From Syntrophales bacterium (GTDB lineage: Bacteria; Desulfobacterota; Syntrophia; Syntrophales; PHBD01), in assembly GCA_963668175.1 (NCBI GenBank), contig OY764159.1:2496001-2560000 (forward strand): a stretch of 64,000 nucleotides of DNA, in the 5' to 3' direction. Position 1 is the stretch's first letter; every line of letters starts with the position of its first letter. The notes beneath the pieces were generated by a model that worked only from the letters and a program-made list of their open reading frames with translations, searched no databases and was not told where the DNA came from. Below are positions 34,587-44,057 of the stretch, piece by piece. The translations under genes were made by a program, and so were the position numbers.

Positions 34587-35027
34587 GACGTCACCAGTTT
34601 TAATGTCTCAACACGGTCAACTGGTAAGCGCTTGTCTCGTCAGCCGTCATTCGTCGCACCGGCAAAGCCGCGTTGCACTTGCATCCGAGAGACTTGGGGC
34701 GTACAGGTTTGAGGGGTTAGGGAAAGCGTGGTGCGCAGTGAAGATAATCGCTTACATACCGTACAGGTCAATGACTTCAGCGTGGAAGCGAAGAGAAATG
34801 TAAGTAGCTGCAATGAGTATGGTTACATTAAAGCACAATTTTGTACAGGAGTCAATTGATATTTATGATGAATACAAATAAGGAATAGGAGTAATCGCCC
34901 TCATATTTTGAACGCGGGGGTGTTGTCGTCATGCGGGACGACGTGTATTGAGAATATGAAAAAATGTTTGAAGCGGGCGGGAGCGTTCCGACGGGCCATT
35001 CGCTTCGGACTTTAGTGTCGGCTTCGC

Positions 35028-35900
35028 TCACGTTTTATCCGGCAGGGCATCGGGCAGGGGCCAGCGGAACATTTCGTCGTCCATAACGCCGGAACAGACC
35101 CTGGTTACGGGGCCGGTCATGACGGCGTGGAAGCCGTCGCGGAAGGCGATGTGGATCGTGCCGCCCGGCATGTGCACGGCGATGTCCCCATCGCACAGGC
35201 CGAGCTTGTGCGCCACTGCCGCGGCGGCGGTGCTGCTGCTTCCCGAGGCCAGGGTGTATCCGGCGCCCCGTTCCCAGATCTCGATGCGGATGTTGCCCCG
35301 GTCCAGGACCTTCATGAACTGAACGTTGGTCCGGTTCGGGAACCGCCGGTCGTTCTCGATGAGCGGGCCGTAGCGCCGGGCGTCCTCCGCCGTCGGCTTG
35401 TCGATGAGGATAACGCAGTGCGGGTTGCCGACCGTCGCTGCAGAGAATTTGAAAACTTTCCCGTCCACGAGCATCTCTTCGTTGAGGACGTCCCGCGGCG
35501 GCCCGGTGACGGGGATGATCCGGCTGTCGAAAACGACTTCGCCCATTTCGACCTCGACCGTCCCGCCGCCGGGAGCGACCCGGCAAGACACCTTCCCGCC
35601 GGGCGTCTCCACGGTGAAGCTGTCGTTTCCCGCGAGGCCTTCGTCGTAGAGCGACCGGGCAAAGATGCGCAGGCCGTTGCCGCTCTTTTCCGCCTCGCTG
35701 CCGTCCGGATTGAAGATGCGGAGGCCGAAATCGCAGGTGGCGCTCGCCAGCGGCCCGTAGAGGATGCCGTCGGAGCCGATGCCGTAGTTGCGGTGGCAGA
35801 CGATGCGAACGATATCGGGGGAGGGTACGCCGTCGAGGGCCTGCGGGCCGAGGACGATGTAATCGTTTCCCAGGGCGTGATATTTCAGAAACGGGATCAT
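35028..35900 (-). CDS. dapF: Diaminopimelate epimerase
   Basis: KYHALGNDY, GIGSDG, NPDGSEAEKSGNG, GNPH and WERGAGYTLASGSS motifs. Confidence 0.9.
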   Translation of the reverse strand: MIPFLKYHALGNDYIVLGPQALDGVPSPDIVRIVCHRNYGIGSDGILYGPLASATCDFGLRIFNPDGSEAEKSGNGLRIFARSLYDEGLAGNDSFTVETPGGKVSCRVAPGGGTVEVEMGEVVFDSRIIPVTGPPRDVLNEEMLVDGKVFKFSAATVGNPHCVILIDKPTAEDARRYGPLIENDRRFPNRTNVQFMKVLDRGNIRIEIWERGAGYTLASGSSSTAAAAVAHKLGLCDGDIAVHMPGGTIHIAFRDGFHAVMTGPVTRVCSGVMDDEMFRWPLPDALPDKT

Positions 35901-35978
35901 GCTTTTTTCCTTTATCTTTGAAAGAAAAACCGGGGCGGCACGGGAACGGTTCCGGATATCGGGCCGTCGAATATCCGT

Positions 35979-36419
35979 TTACTCTGTGAATCCCTTTTCC
36001 CGCATGACGTCCGCGTGCCTGAAACGGGCCATGGCCGTCTTCATCCGCCGGAAGCCGAGCTTTTCGTAAAACGATTCCCTGCCGATGTTCGCATACAGGA
36101 TGATGTTGCCGGCGGGCAGTCTCTCCAGGATACGATTCATGACGGCGGTGCCGATGCCCTGCTTCTGATATGCAGGAACGATGGCGACATCGTAGACGGC
36201 GGATTGGTAAACGCCGTCGGAGACGGCCCGGCCGAAGCCGATCATGGTCCCTTCCCGATAGACGAAGACGACGGCGTAGCTGCTCTCGAAGGCCTTTTTA
36301 TGGTTCTCGGGCCGGTGGTACGCCATGCCGACGAGGCGCAGAGTGTCGGAAACCTTCTGCCAGTCCACGCCGGTGCAATCGTTTTTGAACTCCAGTTCCA
36401 TGACGAAGCCTTCAGGCAT
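35979..36419 (-). CDS. GNAT family N-acetyltransferase
   Basis: IGFGRAVSDG, YDVAIVPAYQKQGIG and FYEKLGF. Confidence 0.9.
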   Translation of the reverse strand: MPEGFVMELEFKNDCTGVDWQKVSDTLRLVGMAYHRPENHKKAFESSYAVVFVYREGTMIGFGRAVSDGVYQSAVYDVAIVPAYQKQGIGTAVMNRILERLPAGNIILYANIGRESFYEKLGFRRMKTAMARFRHADVMREKGFTE

Positions 36420-36978
36420 ACAACTTCTTCACGAGCCAGGCCATCCGCCGACCGAGGTTCTGCGCCAGGCCGATGCCCTCCGGGTCCTTCTCGACATCGC
36501 CCTTGTCGCGGGCCATGCAATGCGCCCGGCCGGCGATGATCAGGTCGTTGGAGAGGAAGAAATGGTTCATCGTCTCGATGGCGTGCAGGGAGCCCGTGCG
36601 GCGGAAGCAGGCGACGGAGGCCCCGACCTTGTCCCGGTACATCTTGTCGTTGGCGAGTCCGACGAAGCCCGCCCTATCGACGAGGGCCTTCATTTCCGCC
36701 GGGACGTCCTGGAAGAAGGACGGGGCCCCGAGGACGACGCCCTGCGCCTCCGCGATCTTTTCGATGTACTCGTTGGCCGCGTCTTTCTTGACGGCGCACC
36801 GTCCATCCCTGTTCTCGAAGCATTTGTAGCAGGCGATGCAGCCGCGGATGGGTTTCGCCGAAAGCTGGACGATTTCGGTCGCGATGCCCTCCTTCTCGAT
36901 CTCGCGCATGAGATAACCCATGAGCGCCGTCGTGTTGCCGTCTTTCCGCGGACTGCCGTTGAAGCCTACGACCTTCAT
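36412..36978 (-). CDS. Iron-sulfur flavoprotein (Isf)/NADPH-dependent FMN reductase family
   Basis: GSPRKDGNT and compact CIACYKC-x7-C motif. Confidence 0.9.
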   Translation of the reverse strand: MKVVGFNGSPRKDGNTTALMGYLMREIEKEGIATEIVQLSAKPIRGCIACYKCFENRDGRCAVKKDAANEYIEKIAEAQGVVLGAPSFFQDVPAEMKALVDRAGFVGLANDKMYRDKVGASVACFRRTGSLHAIETMNHFFLSNDLIIAGRAHCMARDKGDVEKDPEGIGLAQNLGRRMAWLVKKLYA

Positions 36979-37144
36979 GCCTTGCCTCCTTGATTTTCGT
37001 GCTGTGCGGGCGGGGTGTTTCCGGGGAAGGGGAATGCCCCATGCCTCCCGCCGCCATGATTCTTGCAGGATTGAAGACGGTTTGGCAGGAGTTTATTGTC
37101 TGCGGCCGCCCTGTGTCCTGTCCGTTCCTTCGACGGCGCCGGGT

Positions 37145-37507
37145 TTACCGCGGTTTCATCTGCCAGAGGCCGAAGACCGCTCCCGTCGGATCGGCGAGAA
37201 TACTGAACCAGCCCATGTCCTTGACCTCCATGATGTCTTTTCTCACGACGGCGCCCAGGCGCAGGGCCTTTTTCGTGGCGGCCCCGACGTCGTCGACGAG
37301 GATATAGGGCAGCCAGACCGAAGGTGCGCCGGGGATGGGGTGCTGCATCATGCCGCCGCCTGTTCCTTCGCCGACCTTGATGATCGAATAGACGCCTTCC
37401 GGCGATGCGTAGTCTTCCAGATTCCAGTCAAAAAGCTTCGTGTAAAACGCTTTCGCGCTTTTAATATCTGTCGTGTTCAGTTCCACGTGAACGAATGGAT
37501 TTCCCAT
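37145..37507 (-). CDS. VOC/glyoxalase family protein
   Basis: MGNPFVHVEL...AKAFYTKLFDW...DPTGAVFGLWQ. Confidence 0.9.
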   Translation of the reverse strand: MGNPFVHVELNTTDIKSAKAFYTKLFDWNLEDYASPEGVYSIIKVGEGTGGGMMQHPIPGAPSVWLPYILVDDVGAATKKALRLGAVVRKDIMEVKDMGWFSILADPTGAVFGLWQMKPR

Positions 37508-37916
37508 GGGTCCTCCTTGTGTCGCAGGCTTTTCCCTCCAAGGCCGGGTCGCTGCGGCGTCGATTCGCCCCGGCTGATATCCGTCGCCGTCCGGACCGCC
37601 GTTCGGTTCGAACCGGATTCTGTTACATATAACAGATGGCGGGCGCAGAAACAATGAGGATCGACAGGCAGAGGACCGACGGCGGAAAGATCAAGGGTCG
37701 GGAGGGACGGCGGGAATGCATGGTGACGTCCGTTCTCGGGTTTCGTCCGGAAATCCGGACGGGACGGCAGCGGGGGTGTGCCCGTGGACCGGGAGGAACG
37801 GTCGGAAGCGCAAGAGCCGTCCACCGAAGGACGGCCCTTGCGAATATCCGTGCAGCGGTTGTATCGGGGGCGTTCATCCCCGTGCGTCGTCGAATCTCTG
37901 CCGCGACCCGCAACCC

Positions 37917-39791
37917 TTATGCCGGAAGCCCGAGGCCCTTGCGCTTGGCGGCGATATGGGCGGTGATGAGTTCGCAGGCCTTCACGGGGTCCGGTTCTAC
38001 GGCGAAGCAGGCCCCGAAAACGCCGTTCAGGCCCGATGTCGCCAGCTCCACGACCTTCTTGCTTCCCGCAATCGGCGGCATGACGCCGAGGACGGTATAG
38101 ATGCCGCTCGCCATGACGTAAAAGGCGATGGCGACGGCCTTTTCCGAATACCATTCGGGGGCGGCGCCCGCCAGGGGCAGCTTGTCGATGTCCACGCCGA
38201 TGGCGTTCGCCAGGGCGCAGGCGATAACCAATATCCGGGAGTTGTCCACGCACGAGCCGACATGGAGCACCGGCGGCACGCCGAGGGCTCCGCAGATTTC
38301 CTTGAGGCCGGGGCCCGCCATCTCCTTCGCCTCGGGGACCTGCAGGCCCGCCTTGCCGGCGGCGACGTTGACGCAGCCCGTCGTGAGCACGAGGATATCG
38401 TTTTTGATCAATCCCTTGATCAGTTCGACGTGCCCGTAGTCGTGCCTGATCTTCGGGTTGTTGCAGCCGACGACGCCGGCCGCGCCCTTGATCTTGCCCG
38501 CCTTGATCGCGTCGATGAGCGGCGCGAGGGTGCCCCCAAGGGCGCCGACGACGGCTTCCACGGAGAAGCCCGTCATGGTCGTGACCGGCCCCACGGGGAT
38601 CGAAACCCGTTTCTTGTCGCGACGGGCGAAGTTCTCCACGGCCTCGCGGACGATGCGGAAGGCCTGTTCCCTGGCGTTCGACGCCGTGAACTCGACGTGC
38701 TCCATGAGGTTGAAGTGCGCCTTTTCGGACGTCGTGTACATCTTCGTGTGGTAGCACTGGGCGACCCGTCCCATGGAGGGCATGATGCACTGGTAATCGA
38801 CGATGACGGCTTCCGCGGCCCCGGTCACGATGACCAGCTCCGTCATCAGGTGGTTGCCGGCCATGGGGATCTTCCTGCGCATCATGAGCTCGTTGCCGGT
38901 GCAGCACAGGCCGGCGAGATTGATCCCGGAGGCGCCATTCTTCTTGGCCAGGGCCAGCAGTTCCTTATCCTGCGCGGCGATCATCACCATCTCGGAGACG
39001 AGGGGGTTGTGCCCGTGCACGAGGATGTTGACCTGGTCCTCCTTGAGGACGCCGAGGTTGACGGTCGACATGCCGGGCGCGGGCGTTCCGAAGATGATGT
39101 CCGAAACCTCCGTGCCGATCATGGAGCCGCCGTACCCGTCGGCGAGGCTGCTCCGGACCGCCTGGAGCAGGATGGAGACATACTCGTTGTCGACGCCCAT
39201 GTGGGTGCGGTGCATCATCTCGGCGATCTCCCTGTCGATGCCCCGGGGGACGACGTTGACCTTTTTCCAGATATCGCGGCGCGACTGCGGCGCCCGGGCC
39301 GTAAGGGCGACCATCTCCTTCTTGATGCCGAAGTCGTCCATCATCGCGTCGGCGAGCTTGGCCGCTATCTCCTTGTCGGACGCGCTTTTCGCGTCGATGC
39401 CGTATTCCTTGGCTACGGCGCGCAGCTTGGCCGGGTCGCTGATCTTGTAGTCGGCGGTCTTGCCGCGGCCGATCTCGTCCAGGACGAGGACGAGGTCGCG
39501 GCCGTGATCGGAGTGGGAAGCGGCCCCCGCCGCGACCATGCGGGCGAGGTTGCGGGCGACGATGATGTCGGCGTCCGCGCCGCATACGCCGTACTGAGGC
39601 CCTTCGCCGAACGGATCGATGCGGCAGGGTCCCATGGCGCAGATGCGGCAGGATACGCCGAGTTCGCAGTACCCGCACTGCGGTTCCTGCTTCTTGAGCC
39701 TGTCCCAGGCCGTTTCGACGCCTTCGTCCAGGGCTTTCTTCAGCATCGCTTGCGCGTCCTTGCATATGGTCAGGTCTTCGAATCCGCTCAT
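37917..39791 (-). CDS. cooS: Anaerobic Ni,Fe carbon-monoxide dehydrogenase catalytic subunit
   Basis: CRICAMGPC, HSDH, HGHNP, CCTGNE, DYQC, GCNN, TTGC, GSCVD and SEK motifs all present. Confidence 0.97.
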   Translation of the reverse strand: MSGFEDLTICKDAQAMLKKALDEGVETAWDRLKKQEPQCGYCELGVSCRICAMGPCRIDPFGEGPQYGVCGADADIIVARNLARMVAAGAASHSDHGRDLVLVLDEIGRGKTADYKISDPAKLRAVAKEYGIDAKSASDKEIAAKLADAMMDDFGIKKEMVALTARAPQSRRDIWKKVNVVPRGIDREIAEMMHRTHMGVDNEYVSILLQAVRSSLADGYGGSMIGTEVSDIIFGTPAPGMSTVNLGVLKEDQVNILVHGHNPLVSEMVMIAAQDKELLALAKKNGASGINLAGLCCTGNELMMRRKIPMAGNHLMTELVIVTGAAEAVIVDYQCIMPSMGRVAQCYHTKMYTTSEKAHFNLMEHVEFTASNAREQAFRIVREAVENFARRDKKRVSIPVGPVTTMTGFSVEAVVGALGGTLAPLIDAIKAGKIKGAAGVVGCNNPKIRHDYGHVELIKGLIKNDILVLTTGCVNVAAGKAGLQVPEAKEMAGPGLKEICGALGVPPVLHVGSCVDNSRILVIACALANAIGVDIDKLPLAGAAPEWYSEKAVAIAFYVMASGIYTVLGVMPPIAGSKKVVELATSGLNGVFGACFAVEPDPVKACELITAHIAAKRKGLGLPA

Positions 39792-40399
39792 GGCTGCCTC
39801 CTTCTCAAATCGTTGAGCCTCTGTTTATAGGCCGCGAGGAACGAGAAAGCGTCGTCCCGCCCGGCTTCTTCACGGACTTCCTCCCGGACGCCCAGCCAGA
39901 CGAGCGAGGCCAGTTTCGCGGCGTCCCGGTCCATCTGCCGGTTGACCTCGTCGAAGACGAGGGCTCCCGTCTTGCAGGCGGCGACGCAGGCGGGGACTTT
40001 TCCCTCGGCCTGCCGTTCGATGCACTGGTCGCATTTATGGGCCGCCTCGCGGTTCGGGATGTAGGTGTAGTAACGGACCACGGCAAAGGGGCAGGCCATG
40101 GCGCACATCCCGCAATTGATGCAACGGTCCCGGTTGATGAGGACGACGCCGTCTTCGCCGGTCCGGTAGATGGCCTTGGTGATGCAGGCCAGCTCGCACG
40201 GGGCGGGTTCGCAGTGGCGGCACTTGTTGGGAAAATTGTTCCCGCCGGAGGAGAGGTAGATGCGGATGCGCGGCTTCGACAGGATCGGCTCGTAGACGGC
40301 CCCCACCGGGGTCTTGCTCGCCGAGTGGGCGACGGCGCACTGGAAGCTGCATTGGTGGCATCCCACGCAGCGTTCGGGTCTGACGATCACGGTTTTCAT
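39788..40399 (-). CDS. cooF: CooF-like 4Fe-4S electron-transfer protein
   Basis: CVGCHQC, CRHC...C...C, CINCGMCAMACP and KCDQC...PACVAAC; overlaps the cooS start. Confidence 0.9.
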   Translation of the reverse strand: MKTVIVRPERCVGCHQCSFQCAVAHSASKTPVGAVYEPILSKPRIRIYLSSGGNNFPNKCRHCEPAPCELACITKAIYRTGEDGVVLINRDRCINCGMCAMACPFAVVRYYTYIPNREAAHKCDQCIERQAEGKVPACVAACKTGALVFDEVNRQMDRDAAKLASLVWLGVREEVREEAGRDDAFSFLAAYKQRLNDLRRRQP

Positions 40400-40410
40400 G
40401 ACGGCCTCCG

Positions 40411-41628
40411 TTAAAGGGGTTTCATCAAATCGCTGATGGCGATCTCGCCGTTGACGGCTTTTTGGGGATCCACGGTAAGCGGCTCGGCCTTCCTTATCAG
40501 GTTGACGAACAGGCCCGCGTCTTCGGGGCAGTTGTAGAAGGCCAGCCCCACGGGGACATCGCCGCGGCAGGCGATTTTCCGGAACTGCTTCCGGGCCGGG
40601 ACGGACTTTTCGTAGACGGTAAGACCGGCGTCGCCCTTCAGCACGCCGGCCGAGATGAGGTGGAAGGCCGATGTCTTCAGGCTGTTCATGGCGACGGTCC
40701 CTCCGTAGCGGGAGGGGTAGCCGGCCATGTTCAGGGCGGCGTAGTAGCCCTGTTCCGCCGCCGCGGGCCAAAGGCCGATGATCTGGGGTTCGCTGCGGGC
40801 CGGGTCGTATGTCTCGCAGCAATCGCCGGCGGCGAAAATATCCGGTACGGACGTTTCCATGTGTTCGTCGACGGCGATGCCCTCGCCGATTTTTACCCCC
40901 GCCGTCGTCGCCAGGGCGAGATCGGGCCTGACGCCCTTGCCGGCCACGACGACGTCGCTATCGATCGTTCGGCCCGAATTGAGAGAAATTTGCTGCCTGC
41001 CGTTCCGGAAGTCTACGGCGGCGATGTCGTCGCCCGTCGTGATTTTGAGGCCCAGGCCGGCCAGGTCCTTTTCGAGGTGACGGCCGGAGGCCTCGTCCAG
41101 GACCATGGCGAGGGGGTAGGGGGACGCGACGACCATCTCCGCGGCGGCGTTTCTCGCGATGAAGCCATAGGCGGTCTTGATGCCGATGAACCCGCCGCCG
41201 GCGACGACTGCCCGGTCCTTGACCGCGGCGGCGATCTTGCGGGCGTCGTCCATGGTGCGGAGGACGAAGCAGTTCTTCCCTTCGTCGCAGTAGGGCGGTT
41301 TTACCGCCCCTGCGCCCGTGGCGATGAGGAGCTTGTCGTAGGCGAGCGTCTCGCCGTCTTCGAGGCGGACGGTCTTTCCGGCCGTGTCGATCCGTTCGGC
41401 CTTCCTGCCCCCGACGAACCGGACGCCGCGGGGGAGATCGGCGGGCGCCTTGATCGTCAATTCGGCTTCCGTCAGGGAGCGGCCGATGTAGTAGGAAAGA
41501 AGGCAGCGGCAGTAGGGGGGATAAGGTTCCCCGGAGACGACGGTGACAACGGCCCCCGGAGCGACTTTGTTCAGGGTGTCCAGGCAGGAGAGCCCGGCGG
41601 CGCTGGCGCCGATAATGACAATGTCCAT
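40411..41628 (-). CDS. FAD/NAD(P)-dependent oxidoreductase (FNOR type)
   Basis: IIGASAAG, LLIATGA, GGGFIG and TSVPDIFAAGDC; lies within the coo operon. Confidence 0.9.
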   Translation of the reverse strand: MDIVIIGASAAGLSCLDTLNKVAPGAVVTVVSGEPYPPYCRCLLSYYIGRSLTEAELTIKAPADLPRGVRFVGGRKAERIDTAGKTVRLEDGETLAYDKLLIATGAGAVKPPYCDEGKNCFVLRTMDDARKIAAAVKDRAVVAGGGFIGIKTAYGFIARNAAAEMVVASPYPLAMVLDEASGRHLEKDLAGLGLKITTGDDIAAVDFRNGRQQISLNSGRTIDSDVVVAGKGVRPDLALATTAGVKIGEGIAVDEHMETSVPDIFAAGDCCETYDPARSEPQIIGLWPAAAEQGYYAALNMAGYPSRYGGTVAMNSLKTSAFHLISAGVLKGDAGLTVYEKSVPARKQFRKIACRGDVPVGLAFYNCPEDAGLFVNLIRKAEPLTVDPQKAVNGEIAISDLMKPL

Positions 41629-41650
41629 ACCCCGTATCTCCTTTCGGAAA

Positions 41651-42469
41651 TCAGGTTAGAACGGCGTTGACGATGGCGTTGACGGCGGTCTTGACTTTCC
41701 GGCTCCCGACCGCCTCGAAAGGCTGCCGGCCGGCGATGTCGGCCTCGATGAAATCCCGGTGGTAGGGGATGAAGCCGAGGAATTCGAGATCCGGGAGGCT
41801 CGCTTCGAGGTACTCTCTGTCTTCCTTGTTCCTGATCTTGTTGCCGACGACGGCGACTTGGGTCAGGCCGATCTCGCAGGCAAGCCTGTTGATCTCCAGG
41901 GCCGTTTCGACGCTCCGTTTGCCCGGCTCGACGACGACGATGAGGCGGTCGACAGCCCCCGCCGTGCCCCGGCCCAGGTGTTCGATCCCCGCTTCCATGT
42001 CGAGGACGACGGCTTCGTCGCGTTGCAGGACGAGGTGGGCGACGAGGGATTTGAGAAGGACGTTTTCCGGGCAGACGCAGCCGCCGCCGCCCTTCTTGAC
42101 GCCCCCCATGACCATGAGCCTGACGTTTCCGTCGGCGATGGAGAGCTTCTCCGGCAGGTCCTCCACGGTCGGGTTCATCTTGAAGAAACCTCCCATGGAC
42201 CGCATTTTGGCCCCCGTCCTCTCTTCGATGAGCTCCTTCATGTCGGCGATGGGGACGATGCCGCCCCGGCCGTCCATGCCGAGTGCCAGCGCCAGGTTGG
42301 CATCCGGGTCGGCGTCGATGGCCAGGACCTTCATCCCCCGCCGGGCGATTTCCCGGACGATGAAGGCGGCGAGCGTCGTCTTCCCGACGCCGCCTTTCCC
42401 GCTGACGGCGATCCTTACGCCGCTCGCGTTCGTCTCTCTGCGGTGGGTCTGGCCTTCTTCCCGATGCAT
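41651..42469 (-). CDS. cooC: CODH nickel-insertion ATPase CooC
   Basis: GKGGVGKT, DADPDANL, GCVCP and DMEAGIEHLGRGT. Confidence 0.93.
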   Translation of the reverse strand: MHREEGQTHRRETNASGVRIAVSGKGGVGKTTLAAFIVREIARRGMKVLAIDADPDANLALALGMDGRGGIVPIADMKELIEERTGAKMRSMGGFFKMNPTVEDLPEKLSIADGNVRLMVMGGVKKGGGGCVCPENVLLKSLVAHLVLQRDEAVVLDMEAGIEHLGRGTAGAVDRLIVVVEPGKRSVETALEINRLACEIGLTQVAVVGNKIRNKEDREYLEASLPDLEFLGFIPYHRDFIEADIAGRQPFEAVGSRKVKTAVNAIVNAVLT

Positions 42470-42745
42470 GATGGGAGCCTTTCTCGCGGGACTGCGCCGC
42501 TGGATATGTCCGCCCGTGACTTTCCCATTCTATCATCACGAGCCGTCGTTCGTCAATGTCAGTAAAACAGGGGCGGACCGATAGGCCGGCGCGGTCCCCG
42601 GTCCGGCGGCAAGGCCCGCCGCTCCTGCATTCATATCACATCGCGCCTTCGGGGGCGATGTCTTTCTGCAAGGCGGTGAGCGGTTCCGCCGTCAACGAAG
42701 GCGTGGGCGTCGCACCGGTAAATCGTTTCAGCCTCGTTAATTTTA

Positions 42746-42774
42746 TTGACTTTTGCATATATTTTCCTTATTGT
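42746..42774 (+). promoter_or_regulatory. Putative sigma-70 promoter of the HU gene
   Basis: TTGACT-N17-TATTGT, 40 bp upstream of the start. Confidence 0.55.
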
Positions 42775-42813
42775 CGTCAGCGGCGGCATGTCTCACTAAC
42801 ACCAAGGAGGTAA

Positions 42814-43086
42814 GTGATGAACAAAGCGCAGTTGATCGACGAAGTGGCAAAAGCAACCTGTACCAAGAAGGAAGCGGAGCAGGCAATAAGCGCGACATTG
42901 GCAGCCATCAAGAAAGCGCTGAAAAAGGGCGATACCGTGACCCTGGTGGGTTTCGGCACATTCAGCGTCGGCAAGAGAAAGGCCCGCAAGGGCAGAAACC
43001 CCCGGACCGGCGACGTCATCAAAATAGCCGCAAAAAAGGTCCCTGTATTCAAAGCCGGGAAGGGTCTGAAAGACGCCGTAAAATAA
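42814..43086 (+). CDS. hup: DNA-binding protein HU
   Basis: MNKAQLI...VTLVGFGTF...RKGRNPRTG...[13 protein letters not shown]. Confidence 0.97.
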   Translation: MMNKAQLIDEVAKATCTKKEAEQAISATLAAIKKALKKGDTVTLVGFGTFSVGKRKARKGRNPRTGDVIKIAAKKVPVFKAGKGLKDAVK

Positions 43087-43219
43087 TAGGTACGTGCCTT
43101 GTCAAGACATGTTTGCCGGGCCGTCCCCTCAAACACGGGACGGCTCTTCTTATTCCGGCGGAACGGGCGGGGGAATTCGGGATAGAGGCGGAAGACGACG
43201 TCCCGCCGAGGGAGGGCCG

Positions 43220-43939
43220 ATGGACGACCTGTCGGAAAAGCAGCGGCAGTTCAACGCCGCCATGGACCGCTACAACGGCGGTCCCGGGTACATCCGTTTC
43301 GGAAAACTCGTCGCCTCCGTCAACATCGCCCTGCAACTGTATCTCCTGTGCCGTGTCCTGCCGCTGGACTTAAGCCTTCCGCTGCAAATGTTCGCCGTCG
43401 CTGCCGCCTGGATACTGGCCGACTTCGTCAACGGCCTGGTCCACATGGTCATGGACAACAGCGACAGCTACGAATCGATTGCAGGCCCCCTCGTCGCCAA
43501 CTTCCATCTCCACCACCGGACACCGCGCTACGAAAGACACAGCCTGCCCGTCGTCTACTTCAACGAGACGGGCTCCAAGGTCTGGCTCATCGGCTATCTC
43601 CTCTTCGTCGCGTATCTCATCGATGCGAGCCTCCACCCCGTCGCCTCGGCGGTGCTCGTCTACACGGGCGTCCTCTCCTCCGTGGCCGAAGTGTCCCACT
43701 ACCTGGCCCATACGTCCCGGTCGAAGCTTGCCATCTTCCTGGGCGACGCGGGCATCCTCCTCGGAAAGCGCCGCCATGCGCGCCACCACCTCGAGAACAA
43801 TGTCAGCTACGCCTTCCTCAACGCCTGGACCGATCCGCCCATCGACTGGCTCGCCGCCCGGATATACAAGGGATACAAGCTGACGACGGACCTCCACTAC
43901 GGGGCGTACGCGGGAGGGGACGCGAAAGAGCGGTTCTGA
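43220..43939 (+). CDS. CarF/TMEM189 (Kua)-family lipid desaturase-like protein
   Basis: ADFVNGLVHMVMD, FHLHHRTP, HYLAH and HARHH histidine boxes with TM helices. Confidence 0.8.
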   Translation: MDDLSEKQRQFNAAMDRYNGGPGYIRFGKLVASVNIALQLYLLCRVLPLDLSLPLQMFAVAAAWILADFVNGLVHMVMDNSDSYESIAGPLVANFHLHHRTPRYERHSLPVVYFNETGSKVWLIGYLLFVAYLIDASLHPVASAVLVYTGVLSSVAEVSHYLAHTSRSKLAIFLGDAGILLGKRRHARHHLENNVSYAFLNAWTDPPIDWLAARIYKGYKLTTDLHYGAYAGGDAKERF

Positions 43940-44004
43940 CCAGGGCTTGAGCTATCGCCGTATCGGGTTAAACGCGGCGGCATGACCGCCGACGCGAAAG
44001 AAAC

Positions 44005-44040
44005 AAGAAGGCGGCGCCGCCCGGCACCGCCTTCTTTTTC
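44005..44040. terminator. Bidirectional intrinsic terminator between convergent genes
   Basis: Stem AAGAAGGCGGCGCC/GGCACCGCCTTCTT flanked by A- and T-tracts. Confidence 0.7.
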
Positions 44041-44057
44041 CGTGGGTCCGTAAAATG

